DNA of 64,000 nt from Eubacteriales bacterium (GTDB lineage: Bacteria > Bacillota > Clostridia > Oscillospirales > CAG-272). The notes below the pieces were generated by a model, which saw only the letters and a list, made by a program, of their open reading frames with translations, was not told where the DNA came from and did no database searches. The position numbers and the translations under genes were made by a program. Location: the NCBI GenBank assembly GCA_045653945.1, contig JAZOML010000003.1, positions 7,270 through 71,269 of the forward strand, in the 5' to 3' direction. Shown here piece after piece: positions 17,897 to 26,907 of the stretch. Within the stretch, counting starts at the first letter, position 1; each line of letters opens with the position of its first letter.

Positions 17897-18661
17897 TTAA
17901 ATTTTAACTACTTTACGCTTTTTGATACGAACTATGATAATGACCGCCACAATGCCACCGATTACCGCTACGCCTCCAAAGATTATAAGCATAATTATAA
18001 CTGTATCAATACCGCATTCGCTTATTTCAACCGAAACGGTGGAGTAGTCAACGTCCGAATCGTATCCCGAAAGCAGAAGATCTATCTGCATTATCTGTGA
18101 GTTAACCGAGGAAATTTGCTCTATCAGGCTCATCTTTTCCGAAACGGTTATATTCTCACCAAGAAGTGCTTCATACTGCGCCTTTCGTTCAACTAGAGCT
18201 TGTTTTTTTGCTTGTGCGCTGACGTACTGCGTGGTTATATCATCTGTATTTACATATTTATCGGTTAATTTTCCACCGCTTTCAGCCACTGCAAGAAATT
18301 CGTTCAGCTTTTCGGTAGGTATGCGGTACGTAACGTTACAATTCGAGGTTTTTCCGTCTTTATAATACTGTCTGTCAGTTTCAATGTATCCTCCAAGAGC
18401 AACCGCCTTTTCCGAGAGAGATTTATAAATTCCCCCAACGTCTTCCGACTCAATTTCAAGCTCAACGGTATAAACAATTTTACGGTTAACACTACCGGTA
18501 ATTACGGTCTGTCCCCCATTGCCCATATCGGCGTTGGTAAGCTTTCCCACGTATTCGTTTTCCGCATTAGCAGCGCTGTCATCAGTACCGCAGGAAAAAA
18601 ATGAAAAGCAGAGCGTAAGCGTAAGCATAAGAGAAAAAATTGCAAAAATTCGTTTTTTCAT
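17897..18661 (-). CDS. lipoprotein with coiled-coil region and C-terminal TM anchor (DUF4349-like)
   Basis: Signal peptide plus lipobox FSFFSCG, central coiled-coil (AQAKKQALVERKAQYEALL), C-terminal TM helix and KKRK tail. Confidence 0.7.
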   Translation of the reverse strand: MKKRIFAIFSLMLTLTLCFSFFSCGTDDSAANAENEYVGKLTNADMGNGGQTVITGSVNRKIVYTVELEIESEDVGGIYKSLSEKAVALGGYIETDRQYYKDGKTSNCNVTYRIPTEKLNEFLAVAESGGKLTDKYVNTDDITTQYVSAQAKKQALVERKAQYEALLGENITVSEKMSLIEQISSVNSQIMQIDLLLSGYDSDVDYSTVSVEISECGIDTVIIMLIIFGGVAVIGGIVAVIIIVRIKKRKVVKI

Positions 18662-18794
18662 AACTTCTACCCTTCCCTTCTTTAAGATGTTATTATTATA
18701 CCATAAAATTTTCCAGCCGTCAATACGAAGTATATAAAAGAAAAAAGCGCTTTTAAAAGCGCTTTATATCTGCACATAAACGCCTATGCAGATA

Positions 18795-18824
18795 AAAAAA
18801 GCAACCCTTATCGGGTTGCTTTTT
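18795..18824 (-). terminator. terminator of the tRNA operon
   Basis: gcaaccc-ttat-cgggttgc flanked by A/T tracts, immediately 3' of tRNA-Tyr. Confidence 0.65.
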
Positions 18825-18909
18825 TGGTGGGAGCGGGTGGATTCGGACCACCGAAGTCAGTGACAACAGATTTACAGTCTGCCCCCTTTGGCCGCTCGGG
18901 AACGCTCCC
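18825..18909 (-). tRNA. tRNA-Tyr (GTA), long variable arm, encoded CCA
   Basis: Reverse complement GGGAGCGTTCCCGAGCGGCCAAAGGGGGCAGACTGTAAATCTGTTGTCACTGACTTCGGTGGTCCGAATCCACCCGCTCCCACCA. Seven-bp acceptor stem, anticodon loop CTGTAAA, discriminator A. Confidence 0.9.
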
Positions 18910-18931
18910 TTGTCTCCAAAATCATTTGGAA

Positions 18932-19006
18932 TGGAGCTGGTGATCGGAGTCGAACCAACAACCTGCTGATTACAAATCAGCTGCTCTGCCATTGAGCCAC
19001 ACCAGC
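18932..19006 (-). tRNA. tRNA-Thr (TGT), encoded CCA
   Basis: Reverse complement GCTGGTGTGGCTCAATGGCAGAGCAGCTGATTTGTAATCAGCAGGTTGTTGGTTCGACTCCGATCACCAGCTCCA. Anticodon loop TTTGTAA, discriminator T. Confidence 0.9.
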
Positions 19007-19030
19007 GTATCCGTTTGACTTGCGGATATC

Positions 19031-19059
19031 ATTATATCACAATGATTTTCGTTTGTCAA
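19031..19059 (-). promoter_or_regulatory. consensus sigmaA promoter of the tRNA-Thr/Tyr operon
   Basis: Minus strand TTGACA (19054-19059) - 17 nt - TATAAT (19031-19036). Confidence 0.7.
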
Positions 19060-19194
19060 GTAGTTTTTCAAAAAATTTTTTTACGCTCTTTAATTTCCAA
19101 TATTTTCCCGTTCTTATTATTTGCAAGACTTGACAATAAATAGTTTTTTTGATAATATTAAATTACAACTAAAAACAAGGGAGAAAAATATATT

Positions 19195-19710
19195 ATGTCT
19201 GTACGTTTTATAACACCCGTCAGCGCCAAAAGCGACGTTTCATTTAACCTTTCCGGAAAAGAGTTTGAGTATTTTACTCCTACCTCCGAGCAGGAAGCAG
19301 CGCTTCTTGAGGAAATCAAGGGCTGGCAGCTTAAAATCAAAGAGGAAAAGAATATGGACCACGACGAATACGGCGAGTATTTCGTTTCAGAGGAAACCGT
19401 TTGCATACCGATTAGCGATATGTTTGCTTTGACACAGACCATACACGGAAGCTTAACCGCAGGCGAAATTATAGTTATCGACGGAAAATTTGTCGGCGTA
19501 GTAGTTTTCACGGGCTACACCACCAACCGCGACGGTTCAAGTAAAATCACACCCGTTGTGCTCGGCAAGGAAAACACCGACCACAACGTTAAGTTTTCCT
19601 TTTATTACACCGACGGCACCGTTGAAAATAAGGATAAGCGTATGTTTGCCGACTGGTGTGAGAGAGGAATTTATTACTACGAAAATCAATACACCCTTGA
19701 AAAAGTGTAA
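19195..19710 (+). CDS. hypothetical cytoplasmic protein (171 aa)
   Basis: ORF with RBS AGGGAG and upstream TTGACA-17-TAATAT. No recognisable motifs. Confidence 0.6.
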   Translation: MSVRFITPVSAKSDVSFNLSGKEFEYFTPTSEQEAALLEEIKGWQLKIKEEKNMDHDEYGEYFVSEETVCIPISDMFALTQTIHGSLTAGEIIVIDGKFVGVVVFTGYTTNRDGSSKITPVVLGKENTDHNVKFSFYYTDGTVENKDKRMFADWCERGIYYYENQYTLEKV

Positions 19711-19716
19711 AAATAT

Positions 19717-19744
19717 AAAAAAGCACCGTATTGGTGCTTTTTTT
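19717..19744. terminator. bidirectional terminator
   Basis: aaaaagcacc-gtat-tggtgcttttttt, between convergent genes. Confidence 0.65.
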
Positions 19745-20207
19745 ATTTCTTTCCTCTTTTTTTAGGCAGGAGTGAGCGAAGCTCGTCAAGAAACGTTTCA
19801 ACGTCCTTGAATTCACGGTAAACCGATGCAAAACGAACGTAGGAAACCTCGTCAATTTTACGGAGCTTTTCCATAACCATTTCACCGATTTCCGAGGTAG
19901 TTATATCGTCGCGAAGTGAGTTAACTATCTCGTTTTCTATTTCCAAAACAAGCTCTGCAATCTGTTCCTCGGTTACAGGGCGCTTGTAACACGCACGGCG
20001 CACGCCTGCGGCTATCTTATTTTGGTCAAAGATTTCTTTACTTCCGTCCTTTTTAACGACGAAAATAGGAGTAGCCTCGATAATTTCATAGGTAGTAAAG
20101 CGCTTTCCGCAGCCAAGGCACTCACGGCGGCGGCGGATACTTGACTTATCCGAGGGACGGGAGTCGATAACCTTACTTTCGGTATTAGAGCATACGGGAC
20201 ATTTCAT
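19743..20207 (-). CDS. nrdR: transcriptional repressor NrdR
   Basis: MKCPVCSNTESKVIDSRP...RRRRECLGCGKRFTTYE zinc ribbon plus ATP-cone. Confidence 0.95.
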   Translation of the reverse strand: MKCPVCSNTESKVIDSRPSDKSSIRRRRECLGCGKRFTTYEIIEATPIFVVKKDGSKEIFDQNKIAAGVRRACYKRPVTEEQIAELVLEIENEIVNSLRDDITTSEIGEMVMEKLRKIDEVSYVRFASVYREFKDVETFLDELRSLLPKKRGKK

Positions 20208-20340
20208 AATTTTCTTTATCCTTTCTTTGCTTTATAGCATATCATAAAAGTAACCTTGTCGAAAGGTTTATGTTTAAGCTCGTCTAAAGGTGAGCAAAAT
20301 ATAATCGGCACGTCAAAAACATTTAAAGGGGTTACTTAAA

Positions 20341-20784
20341 ATGCAAGTTAAACGAGGAGATATTTTTTACGCCGACCTAAGTCCTGTAATCGGCAGTGAG
20401 CAGGGCGGACTTCGTCCTGTGCTTATAGTACAAAATGACGTCGGTAACAAATACAGTCCAACGGTCATCGCCGCCGCAATTACAAGCAGAACTTCGAAAA
20501 CCAAGCTTCCCACTCACATAGACGTTTATCACACCGCCGAAAGCTCACTAAGCGGTGGTCTTGCAAGAGATTCCGTCATTTTGCTTGAACAAATACGTAC
20601 CATTGACAAGCGCCGTCTGCGTGAGCACATCGGTCATCTTGACGATATAACTATGCGGCGTGTAAACACTGCGCTTTCGGTCAGCTTCGGGTTATTTTCA
20701 GAGGGGATTCCCACCACCACTATTGCTACTGAAACAACGGTTTTTACAGCTACGGATACCGTAAATGGCGGGGGCGTGGGTTAA
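20341..20784 (+). CDS. mazF: MazF/PemK-family endoribonuclease toxin with about 30-aa C-terminal extension
   Basis: [48 protein letters not shown]...[17 protein letters not shown]. Thr/Gly-rich tail. The stop codon lies inside a family-B repeat. Confidence 0.85.
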   Translation: MQVKRGDIFYADLSPVIGSEQGGLRPVLIVQNDVGNKYSPTVIAAAITSRTSKTKLPTHIDVYHTAESSLSGGLARDSVILLEQIRTIDKRRLREHIGHLDDITMRRVNTALSVSFGLFSEGIPTTTIATETTVFTATDTVNGGGVG

Positions 20785-20934
20785 AAACCAAGCTTTGCTC
20801 ACGCAAAGACGAAATATTCCTAAGCTCTATCTGTATAGTTAGTGGCACGTCAGCTCTTACAACATAAGCGGTGCCACACCGAATATTTCTCTTGGTTAAA
20901 AACCAAGCTTTGCTGACGCAAAGACGAAATATTC
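20785..20934 (+). repeat. family-B intergenic repeat, two tandem-spaced copies
   Basis: ggttaaaaaccaagctttgctcacgcaaagacgaaatattcct (20780s) and gtgccacaccgaatatttctcttggttaaaaaccaagctttgctgacgcaaagacgaaatattcct (20866-20932). Confidence 0.8.
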
Positions 20935-21252
20935 CTACGCATTATCCGTATAATGACAAATTACACTTCTTTCGTTGCCCGAAAGAATATCAACGCCCGA
21001 AATTATGACACCGCCAAGGCTCATAAGCTCGGAAAAATCCGTTTCGTCAATTTTTGAGCGAAAAACGTCCTTTTGCGAGGCGAAAACAATAAACTCGTCG
21101 CCTCTGACTATCAGTGCGCCCTCTCGCCCGACTATAACGTCATCCTCGTCTTCAAGACGCTCCATAACGTATTTGAGGTGCTTGCCGTGAAGACGGTCCG
21201 CCATTTTTCGGCGGAAACGCACCTCTTTGCTTATCTTACCAAATCCAAACAT
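20935..21252 (-). CDS. hypothetical protein (105 aa)
   Basis: MFGFGKISKEVRFRRKMADRLHGKHLKYVMERLEDEDDVIVGREGALIVRGDEFIVF... ATG at 21252 has a GGAG RBS. The track start is 21339. Confidence 0.55.
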   Translation of the reverse strand: MFGFGKISKEVRFRRKMADRLHGKHLKYVMERLEDEDDVIVGREGALIVRGDEFIVFASQKDVFRSKIDETDFSELMSLGGVIISGVDILSGNERSVICHYTDNA

Positions 21253-21345
21253 TTTTTGCTCCGTTTTTAACTGAATATCGTTTAGCGGCGTTCTATGTGT
21301 TAGCACTTTGCTTACGCCGCCACTTGCCTGCAGGCGCACGCCTGC

Positions 21346-22275
21346 TTAATCGCCGGTTGCCATTTGCATAAGGCGTTTATTAAATTCCTCGGCGGTGTTG
21401 TGTCCCATATACTTCTGGCGCTGATTCATCGCCGCAATCTCAATAATAACCGCAAGGTTACGTCCGGGGCGGACGGGTATGCAAACGCTGGGAATTTGTA
21501 TTCCCATAATCTCCATCATTTCGTTTGAAAGTCCCATACGGTCATACATTTTGCCCTCAACCCAAGGCTCGAGCTTGATTACAAGCTCGATTTTTTCTGT
21601 TTCCTTAACCGAGCCAATACCAAAAAGACGGCGGACGTCAACTATGCCGATACCTCGGAGCTCAATGTAGTGCTTGATAAGGTCAGGAGCTCGGGCAACG
21701 AGAGTTTTGGAGCTTACTCTACGAATTTCAACCGCATCGTCGGCTATAAGTCGGTGTCCTCTTTTTATAAGCTCAATAGCCGTTTCACTCTTACCGATTC
21801 CCGAGTCGCCGAGGATAAGAATACCGATACCGTATACCTCGACCATAACGCCGTGTCTTGTAAACATCGGGGCAACCTTGACACGAAGAGAGTTGATAAG
21901 AGTTGCCATAAATTCCGAGGTTCGCTCCGCTGTACGCAAAAGCGGAACGTCGTACTTTTTTGCATATTCCTTAAACTCATTATGAGGCTCTATTGAGCTT
22001 GAAACGATAACGCAAATCGGCTTCGCCGCCATAAACTTCTCAACGTTGGTCTTACGCGTTTGCTCGTCAAGTCCGTCAAGATAGGCGTGCTCCTCTCTAC
22101 CGATTATCTGGAGTCGGTGAGGCTGATAAAGCTCGGTAAAGCCTGTCAGCGGCAGTCCCGGTCTATTAACGTCGGGCGTATTAACGATAACGTCGTTTTC
22201 ACCCATATAGAGTATTTCAAGCTGAAATTCCTCAATTATATCCTTAAGATTTACACCTTTTCCCTGTTCTTCCAT
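21346..22275 (-). CDS. hprK: HPr kinase/phosphorylase
   Basis: GVMVEVYGIGILILGDSGIGKSETAIELIKRGHRLIADD...IELRGIGIVDV. Confidence 0.95.
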   Translation of the reverse strand: MEEQGKGVNLKDIIEEFQLEILYMGENDVIVNTPDVNRPGLPLTGFTELYQPHRLQIIGREEHAYLDGLDEQTRKTNVEKFMAAKPICVIVSSSIEPHNEFKEYAKKYDVPLLRTAERTSEFMATLINSLRVKVAPMFTRHGVMVEVYGIGILILGDSGIGKSETAIELIKRGHRLIADDAVEIRRVSSKTLVARAPDLIKHYIELRGIGIVDVRRLFGIGSVKETEKIELVIKLEPWVEGKMYDRMGLSNEMMEIMGIQIPSVCIPVRPGRNLAVIIEIAAMNQRQKYMGHNTAEEFNKRLMQMATGD

Positions 22276-22356
22276 ATTAAGCTCCTTTTTTTGTTTTTTC
22301 GCTTTCTTGAAAGAAAGCTTGCAAAGAACTTTTGTACTGTTTTATTATGTGTAGAT

Positions 22357-22480
22357 ATTCCGTCGCCGTTTTACTGTGTAAAACGCTCTCGTTCTACTTC
22401 GTTTAAAAGGCTCACGCGAACAAGTTCCCATCGCCTTTTTTAGCTCGTATCACTGCCACGCACACGTGGTCGACGAAATT
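22357..22480 (-). repeat. structured repeat domain, subtype alpha (copy S1, 5' of hprK)
   Basis: Sense strand reads aatttcgtcgacc-[ccacg tgtg cgtgg]-cagtgat-[aaaaggc..gaac tt gttc..gcctttt]-aaacgaagtag-[cgtttta cacag taaaacg]-gcgacggaat. Confidence 0.8.
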
Positions 22481-22560
22481 GTTTAAACTTTGTACATTAG
22501 TTCAAATTGTGCGGAAGTTCCGACTTTAGCGGAGTGTAGTGCGATGCTCTATGCTCGAGC

Positions 22561-22672
22561 ATTTCGGCAGTAACGAAGTTACGCTATGTTGAGGGAAAAA
22601 GCGGAGAAAGCTTGCTTTTGAGAGCCTTTTCCCGAAACATAATCGACCTACTTTAAAAAGTAGGGACGAAAT
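22561..22672 (+). repeat. structured repeat domain, subtype beta (copy S2)
   Basis: atttcggc-[gtaac gaa gttac]-..-[aaagc tt gcttt]-..-[cctactt taaa aagtagg]-gacgaaat. Confidence 0.8.
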
Positions 22673-22771
22673 GCCCACACAAATAAAATGCCATAAAAGC
22701 TTTTGCGAGCTTTTCTCGAAAAGCGAAAAGAAAAAATAAACAACAAAATTTACTCAAAAAGTTTGGTTAGC

Positions 22772-23953
22772 TCACTCATACATAGACATAAACTGAACGT
22801 CCATTTTTGCAAACGCCTCGTCTTCCAGTGCAGAAAGGTCTGCCTTTTCCTCCTCGGCTATGACCTTGCTAAGCTCGGGGCGGGTTTTCGGGTGTCTTGG
22901 AGTGAACACCGTACAGCAGTCCTCGTAGGGCAAAATTGAGGTATCAAAGGTATTGATTTTTCTTGCAACCTCAATAATTTCCTCTTTATCAAGTCCGATA
23001 CAAGGTCTGAAAACAAGCATATCCGCCGCAGGGTCGGTTACTCCCATTGCAAGCATCGTTTGGGACGCCACCTGACCAAGGCTCTCGCCCGTAATCAGTG
23101 CGCCGCACCCTCTTGACTTCGCCACTCTTGCCGCAAGTCGCATCATAACTCGGCGCAGCAAAAGTGTGAAATATTCCTCTTGTACGGTATCTCGCAGGCG
23201 CTCCTGAATTTCGGTTACCGAGATGCAGTTTACCCTTACAGTACCGCAGTATGCGCTCATAAGTCTTGCAAGCTCAAGCACCTTTTCCTTTGCGGCGTCC
23301 GATGTGTACGGGAAGCTTTCAAAATGCACCGCCTCGATTTTTGCGCCTCGCTTTGCCATCATATAACCCGCAACGGGGCTATCAATTCCACCCGAAAGAA
23401 GAAGCATTGCTCTGCCTGCCGTTCCAATAGGCATACCGCCTGCGCCCTTAACCGCATCGGCGTGTACGTATGCGTGATTTTCACGCACCTCAACCGTTAC
23501 GGTAGCCTCAGGGTTATCCATTGATACACGAATTCTACCACTCGTAGCCTCAAGCACTGCGCCACCTACCTGAGCCGCAATTTCGGGAGATTTAAGCGGA
23601 AAGCGCTTGTCCGCCCTCTTTGCGTTAGCTCTGAACGTTTTCTTGCCTGCAAGCAGCGGCGGAACGTATTCCTTTACCGTTTTAAGTATAGCGTCCATAT
23701 TCTTTTCCGTTTCAGCTGCCCTGCAAACGGTTGAAAGTCCGAAAATTTTGAGCAGTGCCTCAAAAACTGAGTCGCTATCCTCGATTTCCTCAACAGGCTC
23801 AACGTAAATAGTTGACTGCGCACGCTTTACCTCAAATTTGCCAAACGGCGCTATGCGGTATTTTATTTCCTTGATGAGAGCGCTCTCAAACTGACCTTTA
23901 TTAAGTCCCTTGAGCGCAAGCTCACCGTATTTACACAAAAATATTTCTTTCAT
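22772..23953 (-). CDS. thiI: tRNA 4-thiouridine synthase ThiI
   Basis: 393 aa. THUMP region plus PP-loop LLLSGGIDSPVAGYMMAKRG. Confidence 0.92.
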   Translation of the reverse strand: MKEIFLCKYGELALKGLNKGQFESALIKEIKYRIAPFGKFEVKRAQSTIYVEPVEEIEDSDSVFEALLKIFGLSTVCRAAETEKNMDAILKTVKEYVPPLLAGKKTFRANAKRADKRFPLKSPEIAAQVGGAVLEATSGRIRVSMDNPEATVTVEVRENHAYVHADAVKGAGGMPIGTAGRAMLLLSGGIDSPVAGYMMAKRGAKIEAVHFESFPYTSDAAKEKVLELARLMSAYCGTVRVNCISVTEIQERLRDTVQEEYFTLLLRRVMMRLAARVAKSRGCGALITGESLGQVASQTMLAMGVTDPAADMLVFRPCIGLDKEEIIEVARKINTFDTSILPYEDCCTVFTPRHPKTRPELSKVIAEEEKADLSALEDEAFAKMDVQFMSMYE

Positions 23954-23989
23954 TTGCGATTTTCCCTTGATTTATATTAATTTAAAATT

Positions 23990-24018
23990 ATTTTATCATA
24001 TAAAAAATGAGTTGTCAA
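23990..24018 (-). promoter_or_regulatory. sigmaA promoter for thiI
   Basis: Minus strand TTGACA (24013-24018) - 17 nt - TAAAAT (23990-23995). Confidence 0.55.
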
Positions 24019-24059
24019 GCACCACAGGGGTATGCGGAAGTTTTGGGTGTTGGTTTTTA

Positions 24060-24265
24060 TTTCCACATTTCTTGAAAGAAACCGTACTTTTCTTGAAAGA
24101 AAAGTAGGCAAAAGAACTTCTATTACCACGCCACCATGTTGTGTGGTGGAAATTTTACACCAAATCAATTATATGCCCGTCGGTGCTTACCGACTCTTGA
24201 AAGAAAAGTAGGCAAAAGAACTTCTCTTACTACGCCGCAGTGTTTTGTAGTGGAAATTTTAGGCG
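24060..24265 (+). repeat. two tandem hairpin-core mosaic repeats
   Basis: tacttttcttgaaagaaaagta (24085-24106), then ggcaaaagaacttctattaccacgccacc...aaattttacaccaaatcaattatatgc. A second truncated copy follows: ctcttgaaagaaaagtaggcaaaagaacttctcttactacgcc... Confidence 0.85.
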
Positions 24266-24320
24266 TTAACTTTCTCGGCTTTTCGCCCGTTTTTTGAAAA
24301 AATGTAGCAAACTGACAACC

Positions 24321-26198
24321 TTATCTATTGTTAAGTTTAAGCCAAATAAGGAGTACTGAAATATCAGCAGGCGATACGCCACTGATACGACTTGCCTGAC
24401 CTATATTTAAGGGGCGGACCTTGTTTAATTTTTGTCTTGCCTCGATGCGAAGTCCGATTATTTTATCGTAGTCGATATCGGCGGGCAGGAGTCGTGTTTC
24501 CAGCTTTTCAAGGCGGTGTGCGTCCTCGATTTGTCTTGCGATATAGCCGTCGTATTTGAGCTGAATTTCAGCCTCGGCTTTGACTGTTGGGTGTAAAAAG
24601 AGGTAGGTATCGTCTATCTCTCTCAGCGCCTCGTAGCTCAGCTGTGGGCGGCGTAAAAGCTCGGACAGGCGTATTCCCGTTGTTACGGGGGTGGTGCCAT
24701 TAGCGACCAAAATTTCGTTCAGTTTCTCACTTGGCGGAACGCTTTTTGCTTTTACTCGCGCGATTTCATTATCTATTTGTGTTTTCAGGCTTACAAGCTC
24801 TGCGTACCGTTCCTCGGACAGGAGTCCCGAGCGTTTGCCCTCGTCCATAAGTCGAAAGGCGGCGTTACTTTGTCGGAGCAGGAGTCGGTATTCGGAGCGT
24901 GAGGTCATAATTCTATACGGCTCGTTTGTGCCTTTTGTAACGATATCGTCGATAAGTGTGCCGATATACGAAGAATTACGGGTAAGCACGAGAGGGCTTT
25001 CACCCTTGATTTTATATGCGGCGTTAATTCCTGCGACAAGTCCCTGTGCCGCCGCCTCCTCGTAGCCTGACGTACCGTTGAACTGACCTGCACCGTAAAG
25101 TCCCGATACGCTTTTGAATTCAAGTGTGGGGAGCAGCTGAGAGGGGTCTATGCAATCGTATTCAATAGCATAAGCAAAACGCATTACCTCGGCGTGTTCA
25201 AAGCCCTCAATTGAGTGCAGCATTTCAAGCTGAACCTCAGCGGGCAAAGAAGAAGAAAAGCCTTGTAGGTAAATTTCGTCGGTATCGTAACCCATCGGCT
25301 CGGCAAATAGCTGGTGTCTTGGCTTATCAGAAAAGCGCACGACCTTATCTTCGATGCTTGGGCAGTATCGGGGGCCCGTACCTTCAATTTTGCCACTGTA
25401 AAGTGGTGAGCGGTGAAGATTTGAACGTATAATTTCGTGAGTTTTTTCGTTAGTATATGCAATATAGCAGGGGATATGGTTTTCTGCGCTCATATCCTTT
25501 GTTGCGTGAGAAAACGGAACAGGCTCGTTTTCGCCGTCCTGTCTTTCGAGCTTTGAAAAGTCGATGGAGCGGCGGTGAATTCTCGGCGGTGTGCCGGTTT
25601 TGAAGCGAAGCAGCTTGACGCCAAGCTCTGCAAGGCACTCATTAAGTCCAACTGCGGGCAGGGAGTTATCGGGGCCTGCCTCGTAGGCGGTGTCGCCGAT
25701 GATAATTTTACCGCGCAGGTATGTACCCGAGCAAATAATAGCGGCCTTGACCTCGTATCTGATACCAAGTCGGTTGGTAACGGCGCAAACGGCTCCGTCT
25801 TTGACCTCAAGCGAGGTGATTTCGCCTTGAATTACACGAAGGTTTTCGGTAGCCTCAAGCGTTTGCTTCATTATGGAGTGGTATGCCATACGGTCTGCCT
25901 GCACTCTTTTGGAGTGGACGGCAGGGCCTTTACCGAGGTTAAGGGTGCGGCTTTGCATTGTAACCTTATCAGCGGCTTTGCCCATTTCTCCGCCGAGGGC
26001 GTCTATCTCGTAAACGAGGTGTCCTTTACCTGTGCCGCCTATTGACGGGTTACACGGCATATTTGCAATTTGGTCGAGGCTTAGGGTGAACAGTATGGTG
26101 TCAAGTCCCATTCTTGCGCCCGCAAGCGCCGCTTCGACGCCGGCGTGTCCTGCTCCTATTACCGCTATATCCGCTTTTGTTTCATTAAATGTGTTCAT
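24321..26198 (-). CDS. mnmG: tRNA uridine-5-carboxymethylaminomethyl modification enzyme MnmG (GidA)
   Basis: 625 aa. [22 protein letters not shown] motif and full-length GidA pattern. Confidence 0.97.
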   Translation of the reverse strand: MNTFNETKADIAVIGAGHAGVEAALAGARMGLDTILFTLSLDQIANMPCNPSIGGTGKGHLVYEIDALGGEMGKAADKVTMQSRTLNLGKGPAVHSKRVQADRMAYHSIMKQTLEATENLRVIQGEITSLEVKDGAVCAVTNRLGIRYEVKAAIICSGTYLRGKIIIGDTAYEAGPDNSLPAVGLNECLAELGVKLLRFKTGTPPRIHRRSIDFSKLERQDGENEPVPFSHATKDMSAENHIPCYIAYTNEKTHEIIRSNLHRSPLYSGKIEGTGPRYCPSIEDKVVRFSDKPRHQLFAEPMGYDTDEIYLQGFSSSLPAEVQLEMLHSIEGFEHAEVMRFAYAIEYDCIDPSQLLPTLEFKSVSGLYGAGQFNGTSGYEEAAAQGLVAGINAAYKIKGESPLVLTRNSSYIGTLIDDIVTKGTNEPYRIMTSRSEYRLLLRQSNAAFRLMDEGKRSGLLSEERYAELVSLKTQIDNEIARVKAKSVPPSEKLNEILVANGTTPVTTGIRLSELLRRPQLSYEALREIDDTYLFLHPTVKAEAEIQLKYDGYIARQIEDAHRLEKLETRLLPADIDYDKIIGLRIEARQKLNKVRPLNIGQASRISGVSPADISVLLIWLKLNNR

Positions 26199-26229
26199 TT
26201 ATTTGTCCTTTAACAGTTACTTTGTGCCG

Positions 26230-26297
26230 AGGGGTTTTATCTTCTTTCTTGAAAGAAAGAAGCAAAGAACTTTTGTATAATTTTATGCGGTGTAAGG
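26230..26297 (-). repeat. tail plus core hairpin of the mosaic repeat, 5' of mnmG
   Basis: cttctttcttgaaagaaagaag (26241-26262) plus caaagaacttttgtataattttatgcggtgtaaggg. Confidence 0.8.
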
Positions 26298-26413
26298 GTT
26301 TCGTCGCGTTTGGCTTGCCAAACAAAACGTTCTGTGTTGATAAAAGACTCGTGTGAGCAAGCTCTCGCCGTCTTTTTATCTACACATCACTGCAACTGCG
26401 TTGCCGACGAAAC
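26298..26413 (-). repeat. structured repeat domain, subtype alpha (copy S3, 5' of mnmG)
   Basis: Sense strand reads gtttcgtcg-[gcaac gca gttgc]-agtgat-[aaaagac..gagc tt gctc..gtctttt]-[gtttggc aa gccaaac]-gcgacgaaac. Confidence 0.8.
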
Positions 26414-26446
26414 TGTTCAAGTGAAGTGCAATTAATTAGAGATTAT

Positions 26447-26872
26447 TCAATGGTGGTAGTGTCCTCCGCCGAGGATATTGAGTGCACGATAGGTTTGTTC
26501 AAGCAAAATTACACGCATCAGTTGGTGTGGAAAGGTCATTTTTGAAAACGAGAGTCGGTAATCGCACATAGCTTTTACGCTTTCGGGGAGTCCGTCCGCA
26601 CCGCCTATAACGAGGGTTATATTTCCTTGTCCATGCACCGTCGCCTTATCAAAAAGTGCCGCAAGTTCCTCGCTTGAAATTTGCTTTCCCTCGACGCACA
26701 GTGCGATTTTATAGCTTTTGCCCTCAACGGCTGATTGGAGCTGTGCGTCGTTTTTTAGCTCTACGGTGGTGAGCTTACAGTATGCCTGCAAACGCTTTTC
26801 GTATTCCTTTACGGCATCGCGTAAAAATTGCTCACGCAAAGTACCTACACAAACTATTTTTATGTTAAGCAT
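26447..26872 (-). CDS. rlmH: 23S rRNA (pseudouridine1915-N3)-methyltransferase RlmH
   Basis: MLNIKIVCVGTLREQFLRDAVKEYEKRL...LVIGGADGL...LSFSKMTFPHQLMRVILLEQTYRA. 141 aa from ATG at 26872. The track extension to 27043 reads into repeats. Confidence 0.9.
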   Translation of the reverse strand: MLNIKIVCVGTLREQFLRDAVKEYEKRLQAYCKLTTVELKNDAQLQSAVEGKSYKIALCVEGKQISSEELAALFDKATVHGQGNITLVIGGADGLPESVKAMCDYRLSFSKMTFPHQLMRVILLEQTYRALNILGGGHYHH

Positions 26873-26907
26873 ATACGTAATCCTTTTCAAAAGTTGTTGT
26901 CCAATGT

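Larger units (their letters stand above)
22290..22740. repeat. 450-bp non-coding block made entirely of mosaic repeats
   Basis: Contents in order: core hairpin gctttcttgaaagaaagc (22301-22318), structured domain S1 (minus sense), structured domain S2 (plus sense), then tail ataaaagcttttgc plus hairpin gcttttctcgaaaagc (22709-22724). Confidence 0.85.

Noticed and set aside
20208-20340. A mazE antitoxin ORF upstream of mazF
   Set aside because: Only very short ORFs are present (for example MFKLV-stop, and GTG AGC AAA ATA TAA). Nothing resembles an AbrB or RHH antitoxin. The absence is reported as a finding instead.
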